Shown here piece by piece: positions 37,496 through 46,695 of a DNA stretch of 64,000 nucleotides. Within the stretch, counting starts at the first letter, position 1, and the number at the start of each line of letters is the position of its first letter. Both the position numbers and the translations under genes were made by a program. The stretch comes from an uncultured archaeon (lineage in GTDB: Archaea; Hadarchaeota; Hadarchaeia; Hadarchaeales; Hadarchaeaceae). The notes under the pieces were generated by a model. That model did no database searches. It worked only from the letters and a program-made list of their open reading frames with translations, and was not told where the DNA came from. The stretch lies in assembly GCA_937921735.1 (NCBI GenBank), contig CAKZTQ010000016.1:1-64000 (forward strand), given 5' to 3'.

Positions 37496-38722
37496 TTAGA
37501 GAGCCCTCTTCGTAGTAATATCGATCATTTTTCTGATCTCGCTTTCGAGCGCGGGGGGAAGCCCCAGGATGCTTACATCCATGAATCCCCTCACTATCAG
37601 CGATTGGGCCTCCTCCTCCGAAAACCCCCTCGCCATCAGGTACCGTATCTGATCCTCGGCGATCTTGCCGACCGCGGCCTCGTGGGAGAGCTCGGCCCCC
37701 TTAGCCTTGGCGATGAGCTCCGGGATTGCATGGATGAAGGCATCGTCTGACAGCAAGAGGCCCCTGCACTCGAGATGTGCTCTCGCGTCCTCTCGCTCCC
37801 CCACCAAAAGACCTCGGGCGTAGATTTGTGCGCTGTCCGACGCCAAGGCTCTGGTGATGACCTCCCCCCTAGCGCCGGGGGCTTCAAGCACCACCTTGGA
37901 TCCGATATCCAAACGGGAATTCCCAACTCCGTACAGGATCGCGTTGAACCTAACCTTTGAGTTGTTCCCCCTGCAGTATGCAGCGGGATACATTTGAAGG
38001 CTCTTGACAGGCTTCAGGCAGACGTAGTTGCTCACGAAAGTGGCGTCCTCCTCCAGCAGCGCCGCGCTCCTTGGACGGGCGTCAAAATCCTGAGCCCAAT
38101 TGTGGAGCATGGTGAACGTGACCTTCGCACCTTTTTTAACAAAGAACTCAGTGACTCCAACGTGCAAACCACGCCTAACGTCCGGATGAATGGTGCAGCC
38201 GGTTATTATCTGGACCTCCGACTCGGGCTCCGCTATTATCAAATTATGGACGTTTTGGTTGAGGTTATCTCTGGAGATGAAGAGACATGCTTGTAGGGGA
38301 AGATCGACTTTCTGGCCCTCAAACACTCTGATAAAATAACCTTGGTCCCACTTCAGCTCAGCTAAGGCAGTATACTTGTCCTGATCAACGTCGATTATCT
38401 TCCACCAATAGTCCTTTACCCAACCGTACTTTTGGAGGGCTTCCCTTGTGCTGATCATCTCCGCCTTTCCCTCTAGGGCCTTTTGGACCCCTCGAAAGAC
38501 CACCGAGTGATCCACTTGAAAATACGTTCCCGCCCTTTCTTCCCCTTCTACCTTGATCCCTACGTCTTGGGCCCGCCCTATAACCTCCGCTGGCAGACGA
38601 GAGAGCGGGCATGGTGACCAAGCCGGAGCGTTCCTTGAAAAGCCCTCGACATCCAAATCCAACTCAGGCGGTCTTTCATCCGTTAGCTTGGCTTTCTTGC
38701 CTTCGGGCATCTTTCGCACCAC
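37496..38722 (-). CDS. sufB: Fe-S assembly scaffold SufB/SmsB
   Basis: QNVHNLII, GCT, HLECRGLL, LSHEAAVGKI, YLMARG. Confidence 0.92.
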   Translation of the reverse strand: MVRKMPEGKKAKLTDERPPELDLDVEGFSRNAPAWSPCPLSRLPAEVIGRAQDVGIKVEGEERAGTYFQVDHSVVFRGVQKALEGKAEMISTREALQKYGWVKDYWWKIIDVDQDKYTALAELKWDQGYFIRVFEGQKVDLPLQACLFISRDNLNQNVHNLIIAEPESEVQIITGCTIHPDVRRGLHVGVTEFFVKKGAKVTFTMLHNWAQDFDARPRSAALLEEDATFVSNYVCLKPVKSLQMYPAAYCRGNNSKVRFNAILYGVGNSRLDIGSKVVLEAPGARGEVITRALASDSAQIYARGLLVGEREDARAHLECRGLLLSDDAFIHAIPELIAKAKGAELSHEAAVGKIAEDQIRYLMARGFSEEEAQSLIVRGFMDVSILGLPPALESEIRKMIDITTKRAL

Positions 38723-39402
38723 CTATATCCTTCCCTCATGATTTGGCCGAGAATTTGGGTGGGCCTCCCGGAACATACGATGGTACCATTCAGTAACACG
38801 TGCGCTTCGTCCACGTCCACGTAGCGGAGGATATGGCCCATATGGGTTACCAAAAGTCCCGTCCTCCCATCGAGGAAATCCTCTATGGTCCTGCCCACCA
38901 CCTCGAGGTTCTCAACGTCCACCCCAGAATCGGGCTCGTCGAAGATGGCGAAATCCGGCCGCTGGGCCAGCACCTGTAGGATCTCCGACCTCTTGAGCTC
39001 CCCGCCGGAAAATCCCAAGTTCAAGTCCCTTTCGAGGAACTCGGGCGGAAGGTTTACCGATTCAGCAAGCCTTCTCTTATCCACTTCGTCGCTAGCGAGT
39101 TGGCTCAGGATAACGCCAAGCTTCACGCCTCTCACAGCGGGTGGGTTTTGGAAGGCCACCCCAATCCCCAACTTGACGCGCTTGTCGGTGGGCATATCAG
39201 TGATGTTTGTCCCCTTAAACCAGATTTCACCGGAGACGACGCGATAGTTGGGAAAACCCAAGATGGACATTATCAATGATGTCTTGCCGGAGCCGTTGGG
39301 GCCGAACAAGACGTGGACCTCCCCCTCCGGTATCTCCAAATCGATGTCGTTTAGCACCTTTTTCCCGGCCGTTTCGACGGTCAAACTTTTTATCTTTAAC
39401 AA
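38683..39402 (-). CDS. sufC: Fe-S assembly ATPase SufC/SmsC
   Basis: GPNGSGKT, FSGGELKRSE, DEPDSGVD, C-terminal CERC. Confidence 0.92.
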   Translation of the reverse strand: MLKIKSLTVETAGKKVLNDIDLEIPEGEVHVLFGPNGSGKTSLIMSILGFPNYRVVSGEIWFKGTNITDMPTDKRVKLGIGVAFQNPPAVRGVKLGVILSQLASDEVDKRRLAESVNLPPEFLERDLNLGFSGGELKRSEILQVLAQRPDFAIFDEPDSGVDVENLEVVGRTIEDFLDGRTGLLVTHMGHILRYVDVDEAHVLLNGTIVCSGRPTQILGQIMREGYRWCERCPKARKPS

Positions 39403-39534
39403 GCGAACGACCTCGCAAATCAAGCTCATCGTATTATTTTAGCTCCGAAACTTAAGGCTACCGCTGCGTGGGGGCATCTCCCAAGCTAGCTCAGCAGCCG
39501 AAGCAAACGAAAAGGGGCGTTTCTCGCTCATTTT

Positions 39535-39777
39535 TCATTTCCCGTTCAAGAATTTCATGATATCTCCAACGCTAGGGACCGTGCCCTCCGAGACCTTTTT
39601 GCCATCGATGAGGAGCGCTGGCGTTAGGAACACGCCTTTCGCAGCCATCTCCCTGGGATCCTTGACTTCTAGAATTTGTACCTTTTTCTCCAGACCCAAC
39701 TCCTTCAGCGCTCTCTCCACGTTCCTTTTGACCGCTTGGCACTTCAGGCAGCCTAGCCCATGGATCTCTATTTTCAT
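39535..39777 (-). CDS. Small thioredoxin-like redox-active disulfide protein
   Basis: GLGCLKC...TPALLIDG. Confidence 0.9.
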   Translation of the reverse strand: MKIEIHGLGCLKCQAVKRNVERALKELGLEKKVQILEVKDPREMAAKGVFLTPALLIDGKKVSEGTVPSVGDIMKFLNGK

Positions 39778-39795
39778 CTCACCACCTCCGCTTGT

Positions 39796-40836
39796 TTACA
39801 ATATCATCCCCGCCACCGCTCCAACGATGGTGCCGAGGATCACTATTGTTGGCACGTAGACGAGCGCCTTCCTCTTCCCGAAGACCCTCGCGATGGCTAG
39901 CCAGTTGGGCAGGCTCAAGCCCGGGCCAGTGAGCAGGAGCGCGAGGGCTGGACCGACCCCCATGCCGAGCTTCATCAAGGTGCTGACGAAGGGAGCTTCC
40001 GTCATGGTGGCGAAGTAGGCTATCGCTCCTATCAAGGTCGCTAGGAAGGATTGACGTAGGCCGGATCCACCGAGCCAAGTTTCGATCCATGTCCTCGGTA
40101 GCGCCGCGCCGATTATCCCAACGACAAATACCCCGACTAGGAGAAGGGGAAAGATGATGCGCACGAATAACCAAGTTTCCGTGAGCCAGTGCCGTATCTC
40201 TTCACCGCCCTTCATGAGCCAAGTACAAAGGGTGACGATGACCAGCCCCACCGCCCAGAGGTAGACCTTGTACAGATAGGGCCCTTCCCTAACCAAATAG
40301 TTGGGGGCGAGCAACCAGGCGACGAGCAGGAGGAGTAGAGCAACGTCCTCTTTGGCCATGAGTTTCCCACCTTTTCCTTGTAGGGTGATTGCTCGCTTTA
40401 GCTCTTCCCTCCTGAAGGCGGTGTTCATCGTTATGCCCACGATGAACGACATCGAGAGGGCCGCGAGCACTCTGGCCAACGCTATATCCGCGCCCAAGAT
40501 CGACCCGGTATAGACAAGCGCCAAGATGTTCGCGGCGGGGGCGACCCATAGGAGAATGAACGCGGGGCCGATCCCTGCGCCGGCGTAGTAGATGCCGCTC
40601 GCTACCGGGATTATCGTACACGAGCAGGCGGCAATGAAAAAGCTAGCTCCGGCTGCGATGGCAAAGGATGTTAGCCTCCCGGCATTAACGCCAAGGTAAT
40701 TTATTATGGTCTCTCTGGAGACGAAGGTGACCATCGCTCCGGCCAACAAAAAAGCGGGGATGAGACAAGTGAGCACGTGAAGCGCGATGTACTCCTTGAG
40801 GGCCCTCAGCCCAGCCATCAAGAGGTCTAAGATCAT
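39796..40836 (-). CDS. ArsP/DUF318 family permease
   Basis: HVLTCLIPAF, ACSCT, YFATMTE, GPGLSLP. Confidence 0.85.
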   Translation of the reverse strand: MILDLLMAGLRALKEYIALHVLTCLIPAFLLAGAMVTFVSRETIINYLGVNAGRLTSFAIAAGASFFIAACSCTIIPVASGIYYAGAGIGPAFILLWVAPAANILALVYTGSILGADIALARVLAALSMSFIVGITMNTAFRREELKRAITLQGKGGKLMAKEDVALLLLLVAWLLAPNYLVREGPYLYKVYLWAVGLVIVTLCTWLMKGGEEIRHWLTETWLFVRIIFPLLLVGVFVVGIIGAALPRTWIETWLGGSGLRQSFLATLIGAIAYFATMTEAPFVSTLMKLGMGVGPALALLLTGPGLSLPNWLAIARVFGKRKALVYVPTIVILGTIVGAVAGMIL

Positions 40837-40848
40837 CGTATCCCTCAC

Positions 40849-40868
40849 ATATGAATTAAAATTCATAT
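40849..40868. promoter_or_regulatory. Perfect 9-2-9 inverted repeat, ArsR-type operator candidate
   Basis: ATATGAATT-AA-AATTCATAT in the divergent promoter region. Confidence 0.7.
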
Positions 40869-40943
40869 TTTGGTTCAGAGATGTGATGAAAATTCGTATA
40901 TTTAAGCTTATCGCATTAATCGAGAATGAACGGTGGGTAGTCC

Positions 40944-41642
40944 GTGGAACTTCCCTGTCCCATTTGCGGTAAGCCGATGCACGAGTTGCCTGGGCCAAAG
41001 GAGCTCAAATGCTATTTCTGCGGTGAAGTCGGCATGAGCAACGTAGCGTGCGAGGGGAAGCATTTCATCTGCGAGAGCTGTAGGCTAGCCAGCGCCGAGG
41101 AGGCGATCGAGAGAATCGGCCTCGCCGCGATCGAGACTGACCCGGTGAAGATCGCCGATAAGATGATGAAGCATCCTGCCGTCCCGACGTACGGCGTTGA
41201 GCATCATCTCATAGCTGCGGTGTCGATGTTTGTAGCGGTGAAAAACATGATGGGCGAAAGGGCTCAGGCAAAGGACATCAAGAGGCTCACCGTATTCACG
41301 AAGAAAATCCCCTATGGCTCGTGTGGTTTTTTGGGCGTATGCGGAGCCGCCGCAGGCCTTGGAGCAGCGTTTTCGGCCCTCCTCGGCGCAAACTACATGA
41401 AGGATAAAGAGCGAACGCTCGCGATGGAGGTGGCTTCGCGGGCGAATTCGGCGATCGCAAGTGAGGGTGGTCCCAGGTGCTGCGTGGCAAGCGTCTACAT
41501 CGCGTTATCGGAGGGCTCGAAAATGGCGAGAGAAGTCCTTGGCCTCGATCTAAAGTCGGAGCTCCCGCTCGGCCGCTGCGAGTTTGCCGATAGGGCAGAG
41601 GATTGCAGGCGCGAGCGCTGTCGTTTCTTCAAGGGGGCCTGA
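40944..41642 (+). CDS. Cys-rich zinc-ribbon + DUF5714 (C-GCAxxG-C-C-like) protein
   Basis: CPICG, CYFCG, HFICESC, EHH, GSCGFLGVCGAAAG, GGPRCC. Confidence 0.75.
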   Translation: MELPCPICGKPMHELPGPKELKCYFCGEVGMSNVACEGKHFICESCRLASAEEAIERIGLAAIETDPVKIADKMMKHPAVPTYGVEHHLIAAVSMFVAVKNMMGERAQAKDIKRLTVFTKKIPYGSCGFLGVCGAAAGLGAAFSALLGANYMKDKERTLAMEVASRANSAIASEGGPRCCVASVYIALSEGSKMAREVLGLDLKSELPLGRCEFADRAEDCRRERCRFFKGA

Positions 41643-41644
41643 GC

Positions 41645-42373
41645 TTGAGGCTGTTGTGGCTTCATCCCAGTAGGACCGTTGAGGCGCTCGCTGTGGAGGA
41701 GGCCATTCTGCGTTCTATGCTCGAAAACGGTTCGCCAAACACCCTTTGCTTTTGGCGGGGCAAGAGGTGCGTGGTGTTTGGTTTCAACCCCAATCACGAT
41801 AAGGTGAACCTGACGCTATGTGGAGAGCTCGGCATCCCAGTTTGCAGGCGTAATTCAGGCGGGGGCGCCATCTATCAGGACGAGGGCAACCTCAATTACT
41901 CGCTGATCGCGGCGCAGGGCGGACTGGGCCTCCCCCAAGAGATGCAGCGTGCCCGTTGGATCATCGATTCCGTCATCGCGGGGGCGCTGGCGGACCTTGG
42001 GCTTAGAGCTCGCCCGATGAGCAGCGGCGGGGTAAGCGTCAACGGAAAAAAGGTATCCGGAAGTGCCCAATTCGCCCTTTGGGGTTATCTCCTTCATCAC
42101 GGCGTCATCGCGGTGAATACCGATGTTGGCCTGATTCGCGAACTCTTCCCCTCCAGCAGGGTGGAAGTAACCACCCTAGAGCGAGAGTTGGGGAGGAGCG
42201 TCGGCATCGAGGAGTTGGCGAGGAGGATCGCGGCTAGGATCGCCCAGACCTTTGGCGAAGAATTGTTTAAGGGCGAATTGACCGAGGCAGAGGCCGAGGC
42301 GGCAAGGTTGCTGTTGGAGGAAAAATATCTTTCGGACGAATGGAATCGTCCTTGGGGGAATTTGTATGTCTAA
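41645..42373 (+). CDS. Lipoate-protein ligase A family protein (catalytic domain only)
   Basis: RRNSGGGAIYQD, GKKVSGSAQ, LHHG. Confidence 0.88.
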   Translation: MRLLWLHPSRTVEALAVEEAILRSMLENGSPNTLCFWRGKRCVVFGFNPNHDKVNLTLCGELGIPVCRRNSGGGAIYQDEGNLNYSLIAAQGGLGLPQEMQRARWIIDSVIAGALADLGLRARPMSSGGVSVNGKKVSGSAQFALWGYLLHHGVIAVNTDVGLIRELFPSSRVEVTTLERELGRSVGIEELARRIAARIAQTFGEELFKGELTEAEAEAARLLLEEKYLSDEWNRPWGNLYV

Positions 42374-42653
42374 GGTCAGGGTGGAACTTTTCATCGCTTG
42401 GCCGCCCACCTCGCTCTGCAGCAAGCTGGTGGAGCTGACAAAGCGCGTCATCTCGGAGCTCGGCGAGCAGGTCGAGCTCGTGATATACCAGCGAGGTCAG
42501 CCCTATCCCATCCAGCCTACCATCGGGTTCATGAGGGCGAGGAAGACGGTGAAGTTACCTGCGGTATTCGTGGATGGCGAGCTTTTGTCCGAGAGGGAAC
42601 TTCCCAGCGAGGAAAAGCTGCGCTCAGAAATAAAAAGGCGGTTAGAAAAGTAG
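42366..42653 (+). CDS. Small thioredoxin-fold protein with a single Cys
   Basis: FIAWPPTSLC...LPAVFVDG; overlaps the ligase stop. Confidence 0.6.
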   Translation: MSKVRVELFIAWPPTSLCSKLVELTKRVISELGEQVELVIYQRGQPYPIQPTIGFMRARKTVKLPAVFVDGELLSERELPSEEKLRSEIKRRLEK

Positions 42654-42734
42654 CACTACCTTAATCCAGTTTCCCGGAGATCGGGGTGGGCTACAAGTCT
42701 ATATCATCATGAGAACTGAGGATTGGCATTGCCG

Positions 42735-43343
42735 TCACTTCTCGCGAACGGCGTTCAACCCCAGCTCAAAGGCGCGCAGGTTGACTTCCTCGGTGCCCTT
42801 CGGTACGTTTTCCCGGATGGCGCACCTCAAGGATTCCAACGATATCGGGAGCTTGCCGATCCCTGCAAGCGCACCCAGCATGACGACGTTAACGGTTCTA
42901 ACGTTTCCCGCCTGCTGGGCGAGCGAGGTCGCATCTATCGCGATGATTTTTCCTCCCAGCTTCTTCACAGCTTCCTCGATGGTTTGCATGCTTGGGTACT
43001 CGGCCCGCCCGATGTTGACGTCCACCGGCGCCAGAGGCCTGGTGTTAGTGAGCAAGAGACCTCCCTTGGCGAGATACTTGACAGCATTCCTTAGCCCTTC
43101 GAGGGGCTCGAGCGCGATCACGATTTCGGCGCCACCTTCGGGTACCAAAGGAGCGGACACGTTTTTTCCTATGCGTACGTGACTCGCAACCGATCCTCCA
43201 CGCATTGCAGCACCAAACGTCTCGCCCACCCGCGCGCGCAGCCCTTCCTCGATCGCCGCCATCGCGACGAGGTGTGACGCCAGCACGCTGCCTTGGCCTC
43301 CAACGCCCGCTATTATTAGATTGACTTCGTCCACCCTACTCAC
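42735..43343 (-). CDS. iorB: Indolepyruvate:ferredoxin oxidoreductase beta subunit
   Basis: AGVGGQG, GAAMRGGSV, LEPLE, NVVMLG. Confidence 0.9.
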   Translation of the reverse strand: MSRVDEVNLIIAGVGGQGSVLASHLVAMAAIEEGLRARVGETFGAAMRGGSVASHVRIGKNVSAPLVPEGGAEIVIALEPLEGLRNAVKYLAKGGLLLTNTRPLAPVDVNIGRAEYPSMQTIEEAVKKLGGKIIAIDATSLAQQAGNVRTVNVVMLGALAGIGKLPISLESLRCAIRENVPKGTEEVNLRAFELGLNAVREK

Positions 43344-45294
43344 CCACGCTGATCGCGCCCGTGGGACATACTTGGGCGCACATGCCGCAGCCGTTACATA
43401 TCAACGGATCGATCCCTCCCTTGCCGTCCTTGAACAATACGCCCGGGCAGCCGAAGCTCACGCACAGCCTGCAACCGGTGCACTTATTCGGGTCGACCAC
43501 CATCCGCTTCCCGATGAACTTCTTCTGGCGCAGGGCTTGAAGCGTACAGACGCGGCGGGCTATCACCATCGCGAACCCCCCGAACTTCAAGGCCTCTTCT
43601 ATCGCTGCCGTGGTCGCCGCTAGGTCGAACGGGTCGACCACTTTCAAGAATTCGACGCCACAGGCTCTGGCGATGTCCTCTATGAGCAGCTGTTTCGCGG
43701 GCTCCCCAGTCGCCGTCAGCCCGGTGCCTGGATGGGGCTGGTGACCGGTCATCGCGGTCCAGGAGTTATCTAGAACTAAGAATACTCCCTTGGCCTTGTT
43801 GTAGACAGCGTTGATCACCGCCGGGATGCACGCGTGGAAGAAGGTCGAGTCCCCCGCGACCGCGACTATGGCGCCATCCGTGTAACCAGCGTGGAACTCA
43901 CCCTGCAACAGGCCGATGCCTCCGCCCATGATGTAGTTGGTGTCAAGCGTTTCGTACGGTGACTCTATCGCGTAGCGCACGGACTCGGCGGTGTCCTTAG
44001 GCTTTACCTCCTTCGCGAAGATCCCGTAGCCCCCCTGCTCGTAGCAACCTATATCGCCGTTGATGATCGGCACCTTCCCCCCGACCTTGCGCAGGGCCTG
44101 CTTCAGGGCCCAGTAGGAGCCTAGGTGGGGACAGCCCGCGCAGAGGGTGGAGGAGCGAGGGGCGACAAGCTTGCTCACCTCCGCCCTCGCGCGCTCCCTC
44201 GCCCTGTCCTCGCGCGGCCTGATGCCAGCCACCTTGGCAAGGGCCCGCAAAACGATGTCGGTGTTTATCTCACCGACTTGAGGAAGATGGCCGCTCATCT
44301 TCCCGATCACCCTCAGCTTGGGCGAGGCATCCCTTGCCAGCCCCCTGACCTGAAGCTCGACGAGCGGATCGCCCTCCTCCACCACGATCACGGTCTTGAC
44401 CGCCCTCAGCAAACGCGAGACCATGCGCTCGGGCAGCGGCGTTGGTGTACCGATCTTGAGGAACGCCACCTTTTTGTTCAGCCCAAGCCTCCTTACCGCC
44501 TCGCGCGCGTAGCTGGCCCCGATGCCGGAGGCGATGATGCCCAGCTTTGGCTTCCCCCTGAGTTCCAGCCGGTTCCAAGGTAACTTCTCCACGACCTTCT
44601 TGGCCATCGGCTGACGGGAATGGAGCCACCGATGTTTTTCGACGGGCCCAGGCGGGCCGTAGACGTTCCAGCGATACGGGAGCTTCCAGTGTTTGTCGAA
44701 CACCGGACGACGCTTGATCTTGGCGATGGGTCCAAGCTCCACATCTCCTGAGGCGTGGCTCACGCGGGTCACCGAGCGGACCATCACGGGGAGCTCCAGC
44801 TGCTCGGATAGCTCGAAGGCGTAGCGGGTCATGTCCTTTGCCTCCTGTTGATCGGCCGGCTCGAGGCAGGGTATCTCCCCGTAGAAGGCAGCGAAGCGGG
44901 TGTCCTGCTCATTGGAGGAGTAGTGGGCGCTTGGGTCGTCGGCGACGGCGATGACGAAACCCCCTCTAACACCCCCGTAGACAAGCGTCATGAACATGTC
45001 CATGACCCAATTCAAACCAGCGTTCTTCATCGACGTCAGCGCCCTGACGCCAGTTAGGGCGGCTCCTGCCGCGACCTCGAAGGCGACCTTTTCGTTGGTC
45101 GACCACTCGGCGTGAAAGCCAAGCTTGGGCGCGGCCAAGGCGAGCGTCTCGAGGATCTCAGATGCAGGCGTGCCAGGATAAGAAGCTGCAACCCCTACGC
45201 CCGCTTCTATCGCCCCTCTCGCGATCGCCTCGTTGCCCATCAGAAGCACGCGTTTGCCGGGCGAGTCCTCCACGATGATGTCTTCGATCCTCAC
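43336..45294 (-). CDS. iorA: Indolepyruvate:ferredoxin oxidoreductase alpha subunit
   Basis: GNEAIARG, YPGTP, NEKVA, CAGCPH, GDIGCY, GDSTFFH, C-terminal 2x4Fe-4S. Confidence 0.92.
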   Translation of the reverse strand: MRIEDIIVEDSPGKRVLLMGNEAIARGAIEAGVGVAASYPGTPASEILETLALAAPKLGFHAEWSTNEKVAFEVAAGAALTGVRALTSMKNAGLNWVMDMFMTLVYGGVRGGFVIAVADDPSAHYSSNEQDTRFAAFYGEIPCLEPADQQEAKDMTRYAFELSEQLELPVMVRSVTRVSHASGDVELGPIAKIKRRPVFDKHWKLPYRWNVYGPPGPVEKHRWLHSRQPMAKKVVEKLPWNRLELRGKPKLGIIASGIGASYAREAVRRLGLNKKVAFLKIGTPTPLPERMVSRLLRAVKTVIVVEEGDPLVELQVRGLARDASPKLRVIGKMSGHLPQVGEINTDIVLRALAKVAGIRPREDRARERARAEVSKLVAPRSSTLCAGCPHLGSYWALKQALRKVGGKVPIINGDIGCYEQGGYGIFAKEVKPKDTAESVRYAIESPYETLDTNYIMGGGIGLLQGEFHAGYTDGAIVAVAGDSTFFHACIPAVINAVYNKAKGVFLVLDNSWTAMTGHQPHPGTGLTATGEPAKQLLIEDIARACGVEFLKVVDPFDLAATTAAIEEALKFGGFAMVIARRVCTLQALRQKKFIGKRMVVDPNKCTGCRLCVSFGCPGVLFKDGKGGIDPLICNGCGMCAQVCPTGAISVGE

Positions 45295-46695
45295 TCACTC
45301 ACCTAGCCTTCGATTCGTTGGAGGTTGGGGTTTGAGATTTTGCCCCATTCGTTCAGCCCTCATCTCAGCGTACCGAGTCAGCGCCGCTAGCGCCCGCGCC
45401 GCGCGTATCGGACTTGAATATATGGGTATTCCCATCTTTTGTAGTTTTGCGCGTTCCTCAAGCTCCACATCTCCGCCTCCCAACATCACCACCACAAGCG
45501 TCTTGCCGCCGTGGAAATGTTTGGCCATGACTTCCGCGATCCCCGGCATCGGGTCGCCGATTATTGCGATTATCGAGTGCACCTCTTTGCTCGAGGATAT
45601 AACCGCTATCGCCTCGTCGTACATAGCCGAGGTCGCGCTGCCGGTGAGGTCGAGAGGGTTGCGCAGCACGCACTCTGGGGGCAGCTTTTCCTTCAATGAG
45701 TGGCGAACGTTCGCCGGGAGCTCGATCACGTTCAAGCCCAACTCCTCGCACGCGTCCGTGGCCAAGATCCCAGATCCACCCGAGCTCGTCACTATGACGA
45801 CGTTGGGGCCCGCTGGCGACGTTAGGCTGGCGAAGCCTTTGCAGACATCGTACATTTCCTCGACGTCGAAGACCCGAATGGCGCCCGCCCGTCTAAAGGC
45901 CAGGTCAAAGATCGCATCCGAGCCGGCGATCGAGCGGGTGTGCGAAAGCACGGCTTCCGCACCCTTGGTCGTTCGACCTCCCTTGAGCACCACGAGCGGT
46001 TTCTCCTGAGCCGTAGCGCTCGCAACCTCCAGGAATCTTCTACCATCGCGCACGCCCTCCATGTAAAGCGCGATCACCTTGGTCCGCGGGTCCTTGGCGA
46101 GGTACTCCAGGAGCTCGATCTCGTCGACGTCGCACTTGTTGCCTAGTGCCACAAGTTTGTCGATGCCGATTTGCTCGTGGGCGGCCCAGCACCCGAGCGC
46201 TGCGCCTATCGTCCCGCTTTGCGAGATCACGGAGATGTGGCCACGAACCCTCACAAGCGGCCAGCTCGCACATAGACCAGCCGAGGTGCTGATGACGCCT
46301 TGACAGTTCGGCCCAATGATGCGGATTCCAGCGCGCCTCGCGATCTCTAACATCTGGCGCTCCAGCTCTTCGCCGGCGGGGCCGATCTCGCTGAAACCGC
46401 CCGAGATCACCACGGCGGCCCGCACGCCCTTCTCCGCGCAATCCGACATGACCAAGGGCACGAAGCGCGCTGGCACCACCACGACCGCGAGTTCCACCTC
46501 AAAGGGGACGTCCTTCACCGAGCGATAGCACTTGAGCCCTAAAATCTCATCCGCCTTTGGGTTTACGGGGTATAGGCCGCCCCTGAAGCCCGCCTCGATG
46601 ATATTGCGTAGGATCTCGTACCCAAGCTTTCCCGGTTCCCTCGAAGCTCCTATCACGGCCACGCTCGAGGGCTGGAAGAAGCTCTCCAATCCCAT
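45295..46695 (-). CDS. acdA: Acyl-CoA synthetase (ADP-forming) alpha subunit
   Basis: VAVIGAS, GPNCQG, SQSG, SHT phospho-His, NPLDLTG. Confidence 0.88.
   Translation of the reverse strand: MGLESFFQPSSVAVIGASREPGKLGYEILRNIIEAGFRGGLYPVNPKADEILGLKCYRSVKDVPFEVELAVVVVPARFVPLVMSDCAEKGVRAAVVISGGFSEIGPAGEELERQMLEIARRAGIRIIGPNCQGVISTSAGLCASWPLVRVRGHISVISQSGTIGAALGCWAAHEQIGIDKLVALGNKCDVDEIELLEYLAKDPRTKVIALYMEGVRDGRRFLEVASATAQEKPLVVLKGGRTTKGAEAVLSHTRSIAGSDAIFDLAFRRAGAIRVFDVEEMYDVCKGFASLTSPAGPNVVIVTSSGGSGILATDACEELGLNVIELPANVRHSLKEKLPPECVLRNPLDLTGSATSAMYDEAIAVISSSKEVHSIIAIIGDPMPGIAEVMAKHFHGGKTLVVVMLGGGDVELEERAKLQKMGIPIYSSPIRAARALAALTRYAEMRAERMGQNLKPQPPTNRRLGE

Noticed and set aside
39535-42653. Selenocysteine recoding in redox proteins
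   Set aside because: No in-frame TGA at Cys positions was seen; ORFs appear complete
42660-42735. Possible C/D sRNA or ORB-like element (GTTTCCCGGAGATCGGGG)
   Set aside because: C box has no suitably placed D box; single weak ORB match and no cdc6 nearby
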